From: an uncultured Gemmatimonadales bacterium
GTDB lineage: Bacteria; Gemmatimonadota; Gemmatimonadetes; Longimicrobiales; RSA9
Assembly: GCA_963798085.1 (NCBI GenBank)
Contig: CAWCRS010000005.1
Location: 192,001 to 256,000 of the forward strand
DNA: 64,000 nucleotides
Direction: 5' to 3'
Below the pieces are notes generated by a model. That model saw only the letters and a program-made list of their open reading frames with translations, searched no databases and was not told the origin of the DNA. Shown piece after piece: positions 59,189 to 64,000 of this stretch (the stretch's first letter is position 1; each line of letters opens with the position of its first letter). Both the position numbers and the translations under genes were made by a program.

Positions 59189-61614
59189 GTACGACCGCGG
59201 CCGTGCCGCCGCCGGTGGAGAGCCCGCTGCCTGTCGATGACGCACTGCCGCGCGTGCTCGCATTCGGCGACCGCTTCGGCCGCGAGCACACCGCGCTCGC
59301 CATGCATGCGGCGCTGCCGCTGGGCGTGTCGCCCGAACTCGTGCACCTGCTGCGCATCAACTTCGTGCCCGCTGCGCCGCGCATTGCCGAGGCCGATCTG
59401 CTGCTCTCGCCGCTCTGCCGCGAAACGGGCGGTGGTCTGTACGAGATGGACACGGGCGTGCGCGACATCCTGCTCGGCGAGCTGGCCCGCGCTGCGCGCT
59501 ACCGCCGCGATGCCGGCGGCCGCCCGCGCATTGCGAACGTCGCGGAATTCCTGCTGGCATGGACAGCGCGCGCCCTCGAGCGCACACGCGAGCCGGACGC
59601 GCTCGCCCACCTGCACGCACTGCACTGGGTCGCACTCGCGTACGCACGCCCGCAGCTCGCCGCCGAGGAGATCGCCGCCACCCTTGCGCGCGCACTCGAG
59701 CGGGGCGATTCGCTCGAAGCACTGCGCGTGGTCCGTCTGACCGGCGCCCTCTCCACACCACTCGCCGCCAGTGACACGCTTGTGCACTACGCCGCCGGCA
59801 TCGAGAGCCTGGCCACCGGTGATGCGGACGACGCGGAATTTCTCTTCGATCTCGCGGGTGCCGGCGAGGGGGGTGCGGCTGTGGGTAACGTCGTGTTACC
59901 AAGCATGGCCGCCGCGCGACCTCTGTGGGGGGCGCAGGGAACTCTTTCGGCAGAAGAGGACAGGCCACCCCTGGACCGCCGGCGTTTTGGCGGCCGTTCA
60001 TTCGACTCGGAACCGCCGCCGCCGCCCCCCGAATCGCCACCCCATCATGCGCCGCCTCCCGAGCCACCGCCCACACCGCTCCCCGCCATCGTGGGCATGT
60101 ACAAGATCGTCCGCGAGCTGGGCCGCGGCATGACAGGCGTGGTGTACGAGGCGTGGGATGTCCGCGCGGATGCGCGCGTGGCCGTCAAGCTCGTCTACGA
60201 GCCGCTGTCCCGCGATTTCCCCGACCCTGAATTCGAGGCCGCACTCGACGCGGTCCGCAGCATCTACAGCCCGGGCATCTTCCCGCTCTTCGATTCCGGC
60301 CGCGACGAAGGTCGGCTCTACTATGCGATGCCGTACGCGGAAGGCTCGCTGCGCCAGCAGCTCGCCAACGCCCCGTTAGCCACCGACATCGCCATCCGGT
60401 TGACCCGGCGCCTTGCCGATGCCCTTGCCTACGCCCACAGCAATCGCGTCATCCACGGCGACATCAAGCCGGAGAACGTGCTGTTCCACGATGGCGAGTA
60501 CGACCTGGCCGACTTCGCCGTGCTGCCCGTGCTCAAGCCGGCCGGCGCCCTCAACATCACGACGCCCGTGGGCACGCCCGCCTACATGGCGCCCGAGATC
60601 TGGGATGCGCAGCAGCCCACGCCCGCGAGCGACGTGTACGCATTCGGCTGCCTGATCCACGAGGTCTTCACCGGCGAGCCGCCGTTCGGCCGCACGGGCG
60701 GCGAGCTGCGTCGCCGGCATCGCAGTGAGACCGCGCGCGCGCTGCGCAGCATCCGGCCCGACGTGCCGGCCGTCATCGAGAGCGCAGTCCTGCGCGCGCT
60801 CGAGAAAGACCCGCAGAGCCGCTTCCCCGACGCGGCCGCGTTCGCCGCCGCCCTGTCCGAAGCCGGTACCGCGACCACGGAGCAGCAGACAGGCGAAGTG
60901 CCGGCGTATGCGGGTGGATCGGCAGCGCGCCCGCGCGCTGGCGCTTCCAGTGAGGGTTGGCGCGTGTACATCAGCTGGACGAACGACGACGGTGTGCCCG
61001 AGAACAACGAGTTTGTTGAAATGTTCGTCAGCCTCCTCGAGCGCGCAATTCAAATGCGCATGCCCGAGTGGTACCAGCAGGTGGCCTTCTTCGATCGCCT
61101 CCTGACGACGGGTGCTGACTGGACTCACGAAACCGCGGCCGCTCTCGGTTCTGCGCGCTGCTTCCTGGCGCTGCTGACACCGCGTTATCTGACCAGCAGT
61201 CGCGGCGGCCGCGAATGGGCGTACTTCCAGGACCGCGTGAATCGTTACCGTGCGGCGACCGCCCCGAGTCCTCGCGGCCTGATCCTGCCCGTCATTCGGG
61301 TTCCGATATCAGCACCTGTGCCCGAGCCCGTCGCGGACCTCCAGGTGACGCAACCGGAGTTCCCGGAGGCGTACACGCGCGAGGGGCTCCGCTTGATGCT
61401 CCACGCGCAGCGGGGTCCCCACAGCCCCGCGCGCCTGCTGATTGAGGCTCTTGCGGACCAGATCATGAATGCCACGAGCCGAATGGACCTGCCCGCCGAC
61501 CCGCCGGAGATGGCCAGCGAAAGGCTCGCCTCGATCCCCAGCGCGTTCTTCGGATTCGCACCTCCCTTCACCGATTCCGGCTTCGGCAGCGCCGGCAGCG
61601 CGCCTGCGCCATGA
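59185..61614 (+). CDS. vWA-associated N-terminal domain - Ser/Thr kinase - TIR-like (FxsC-type) domain protein
   Basis: HAALPLGVSPELVHLLRINF...ADLLLSPLC...YEMD; poly-Pro linker; LGRGMTGVVY, VAVK, HGDIKPEN, DFA, APE; VYISW, FFD...GADW, LLTPRYLTS...GREW, ILPVI. Confidence 0.85.
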   Translation: MSTTAAVPPPVESPLPVDDALPRVLAFGDRFGREHTALAMHAALPLGVSPELVHLLRINFVPAAPRIAEADLLLSPLCRETGGGLYEMDTGVRDILLGELARAARYRRDAGGRPRIANVAEFLLAWTARALERTREPDALAHLHALHWVALAYARPQLAAEEIAATLARALERGDSLEALRVVRLTGALSTPLAASDTLVHYAAGIESLATGDADDAEFLFDLAGAGEGGAAVGNVVLPSMAAARPLWGAQGTLSAEEDRPPLDRRRFGGRSFDSEPPPPPPESPPHHAPPPEPPPTPLPAIVGMYKIVRELGRGMTGVVYEAWDVRADARVAVKLVYEPLSRDFPDPEFEAALDAVRSIYSPGIFPLFDSGRDEGRLYYAMPYAEGSLRQQLANAPLATDIAIRLTRRLADALAYAHSNRVIHGDIKPENVLFHDGEYDLADFAVLPVLKPAGALNITTPVGTPAYMAPEIWDAQQPTPASDVYAFGCLIHEVFTGEPPFGRTGGELRRRHRSETARALRSIRPDVPAVIESAVLRALEKDPQSRFPDAAAFAAALSEAGTATTEQQTGEVPAYAGGSAARPRAGASSEGWRVYISWTNDDGVPENNEFVEMFVSLLERAIQMRMPEWYQQVAFFDRLLTTGADWTHETAAALGSARCFLALLTPRYLTSSRGGREWAYFQDRVNRYRAATAPSPRGLILPVIRVPISAPVPEPVADLQVTQPEFPEAYTREGLRLMLHAQRGPHSPARLLIEALADQIMNATSRMDLPADPPEMASERLASIPSAFFGFAPPFTDSGFGSAGSAPAP

Positions 61615-61673
61615 CGCGCGCTCCCATGGCCGGACCGCCGTGCCGGCCCTGCACATCCCGACCCATCGCACCG

Positions 61674-61702
61674 TTGCGAGTCATAATATCAGTTGATAAC
61701 TT
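61674..61702 (+). promoter_or_regulatory. Putative promoter with palindromic operator upstream of SDR-uxaC
   Basis: AT-rich patch; TATCA-GT-TGATA at 61687-61698; TTGCGA at 61674. Confidence 0.4.
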
Positions 61703-61756
61703 GCTGCCGAACCTCTCGACCCCTCAGCGCGATGATGCCCGGCAATTCGACGTCCC

Positions 61757-62572
61757 ATGAGTGATGACCGCTTCGGGCTGCATGGCCGGACCGCCGTGGT
61801 CACAGGCGGCTATGGCGTGCTGGGCGGCAGCCTTGCGCTCGGGCTCGCGCGCGCCGGCGCGCGCATTGCCGTCCTCGGGCGGCGCCGTGAACCGGCCGAG
61901 GCCCAGGCCGACGCCATCCGCGCCGCCGGCAGCGATGCACTGGTCCTGCTCGCCGACGTCAGCGTGGAAGAAGAGCTGCGCGCGGCGCTCGACCACCTGC
62001 AGTCGACCTGGGACGCGCCGGACATCCTGGTCAACGCGGCGGGCGGCAATGTGGCGCGCGCGCGCAGCGATGACCGGCCCGTGTTCGACGTGCCAGTCGA
62101 TGCCTTCGACGAAGTGCTGCGGCTCAACCTGCACGGCACCGTTCTGCCATCACTCGTTTTCGGCGCGGCCATGGCCGGGCGCGGGCGAGGCAGCATCGTG
62201 AACCTCTCGTCGATGGCGGCGCAGCGGGCGCTGAGTGGCGTGGCCGGCTACACGATCGCAAAGGCGGGTGTGGAAGGCTTCACGCGCTGGCTGGCCGTAG
62301 ACCTGGCGCGACGTTATGGCCCCGGCCTGCGGGTCAATGCCGTATCCCCCGGCTTCTTCATCACCACGCAGAATCGCGCGGTGCTGGTGACCGCGGATGG
62401 CGGCCACACGGAGCGGGCGCGCCGCATTCTTGCTAACACGCCGATGGGTCGTTTTGGCGAGCCCGCCGAGCTGGTGGGCGCAGTGCAATGGCTGTGCAGC
62501 GACGCGGCTTCCTTCGTGACCGGCGTCGTGATTCCTGTGGACGGCGGCTTCAGCGCCTTCGGCGGCGTGTGA
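61757..62572 (+). CDS. SDR oxidoreductase, probable D-mannonate/fructuronate oxidoreductase
   Basis: TGGYGVLG, LVNAAGGN, YTIAK, VNAVSPGFF, VDGGFSAF; coupled to uxaC. Confidence 0.88.
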   Translation: MSDDRFGLHGRTAVVTGGYGVLGGSLALGLARAGARIAVLGRRREPAEAQADAIRAAGSDALVLLADVSVEEELRAALDHLQSTWDAPDILVNAAGGNVARARSDDRPVFDVPVDAFDEVLRLNLHGTVLPSLVFGAAMAGRGRGSIVNLSSMAAQRALSGVAGYTIAKAGVEGFTRWLAVDLARRYGPGLRVNAVSPGFFITTQNRAVLVTADGGHTERARRILANTPMGRFGEPAELVGAVQWLCSDAASFVTGVVIPVDGGFSAFGGV

Positions 62573-64000
62573 GCGGCATGAGGAGCGCCGATGGCGCCGG
62601 CCGGCTGCTGGCGGAGGATCGCTTCTTCGATCCCGATCCGGTGGTGCGCCGTGCGGCGCGCACGCTGTACGAGGAGACGCGCCAACTCCCCATTATCAGC
62701 CCGCACGGCCACGTGGATCCCCGCCTGCTGGCAGACGATTCGCCTTTCCCCGAGCCCACCGGGCTCATGGTTACGCCCGACCACTACATCCTGCGCATGC
62801 TGTATTCGCAGGGCGTTCCGCTGGAAGACCTGGGCGTGCGTCCACGCGATGGCGGCGGGGCGGAGCGCGATCCGCGGCGCGTGTGGCAGCGCTTCGCCGA
62901 TCACGTCCATCTCTTTCGCGCCACACCCACGGGCGCCTGGCTGAGCTACGAGCTGCACGAAGTGTTCGGCCTGACGCGCGCACTCGAGGGCAGCAGCGCG
63001 GCCATTCTCTACGACGAGATCGTGGAGAAACTGGCCTCGCCCGAATTCCGGCCCCGTGCGCTGTTCGAGCGCTTTCGCATTGAGGTGCTCGCGACAACGG
63101 ATGGCGCCACCGACCGACTCGAGAACCATCAGCGCATTCGCGAGTCCGGCTGGAAGGGCCGTGTGATTCCCACGTTCAGACCGGACGCGACGCTGGCCAT
63201 CGCATCGTCGGACTGGCGCGCGCAGCTGGAGCGGCTCGCCGCGCTGGCGGGCCATGCCATCGAGGAATACCCCGCGTTCCTGGCGGCACTGCAGGCGCAG
63301 CGCGCGCGCTTCCGCACATTCGGCGCCACGGCGACAGATCACGGCGTGGCCGAGCCGCACACCACGCTGCTGCCGCCCGAGGAAATGGACTGGCTGTTCC
63401 AGCGCGCGCGCGCGGGCCTCGCCGGCATCGATGATGAACGCCGCTTCGTCGCCCACATGCTGATCGAGATGGCGCGCATGTCCGTCGAGGATGGCATGGT
63501 CATGCAGCTGCATGCGGGCGCCTTCCGCAATCACAACCAGCCGCTGTACGAGCGCTTCGGCACCGACATCGGCGGCGATATTCCACTGGTCGCGGAGTAC
63601 ACTCGCAATCTGCGCCCGCTGCTCAATGCGTACGGCAACGACACGCGGCTCTGCCTCATCCTGTTCACACTCGATGAATCGACATACGCGCGCGAGCTGG
63701 CGCCGCTGGCCGGGCACTATCCCGCCGTACGCCTGGGTCCGCCCTGGTGGTTCCACGACAGCATTGAAGGCATGAAACGCTTCCGTGCGCGCACCACGGA
63801 GACGGCGGGCATCTGGAATACCGCCGGCTTCAATGATGACACGCGTGCCTTCTGCTCGATCCCCGCGCGCCACGACCTCTCGCGCCGGGTCGACGCAAAC
63901 TGGCTGGCTGGACTCGTGGCCCGCCACATCGTGTCACTCGACGACGCGCGGGCCATGGCGCGCGCGCTGGCGTACGATCTGGCCCGGCAAACATACCGTT
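62569..64000 (+). CDS. uxaC: Glucuronate isomerase, 3' end runs off the window
   Basis: Translated by hand: DRFFDPD, LPIISPHGHVDP, PDHYILRMLYSQG, FTLDESTYARELAPLAGHYP, GPPWWFHDS, GFNDDTRAF. Confidence 0.95.
   Translation, partial: MSGMRSADGAGRLLAEDRFFDPDPVVRRAARTLYEETRQLPIISPHGHVDPRLLADDSPFPEPTGLMVTPDHYILRMLYSQGVPLEDLGVRPRDGGGAERDPRRVWQRFADHVHLFRATPTGAWLSYELHEVFGLTRALEGSSAAILYDEIVEKLASPEFRPRALFERFRIEVLATTDGATDRLENHQRIRESGWKGRVIPTFRPDATLAIASSDWRAQLERLAALAGHAIEEYPAFLAALQAQRARFRTFGATATDHGVAEPHTTLLPPEEMDWLFQRARAGLAGIDDERRFVAHMLIEMARMSVEDGMVMQLHAGAFRNHNQPLYERFGTDIGGDIPLVAEYTRNLRPLLNAYGNDTRLCLILFTLDESTYARELAPLAGHYPAVRLGPPWWFHDSIEGMKRFRARTTETAGIWNTAGFNDDTRAFCSIPARHDLSRRVDANWLAGLVARHIVSLDDARAMARALAYDLARQTYR

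Overview
Very GC-rich bacterial chromosomal window. The PadR/orphan-permease expansion, many PAS hybrid kinases and an ECF sigma factor coupled to a Ser/Thr kinase suggest Gemmatimonadota or Acidobacteriota (inference only). It opens with an 8-tRNA cluster containing a structured 78-bp tandem array. It then carries four ADOP-type orphan permeases (two with PadR), mscL, a two-component/c-di-GMP signalling cluster, tRNA-Pro, a Mo-oxidoreductase/ferredoxin-reductase/DUF6510 operon, and LigC and primase-polymerase repair genes. Between the repair genes sit an ECF sigma-kinase/pseudo-cyclase/STAND/TPR-DUF4242 module and a nitrilase-fold gene with a toxin-like C-terminal helical domain, bracketed by a decayed duplicate of the primase-polymerase 3' end. 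The window ends in SDR-uxaC. The most notable locus is a tightly coupled four-gene operon at 55838-61614: DUF4062+inactive STAND, MoxR AAA+, vWA, and adaptor-Ser/Thr kinase-TIR-like. It looks like a MoxR/vWA ternary conflict (defence) system with an unusual effector combination. Four genes carry single-base frameshifts, all at or next to GCAT(C), probably sequencing artefacts. All family assignments are from motif recognition by eye; no searches were run.
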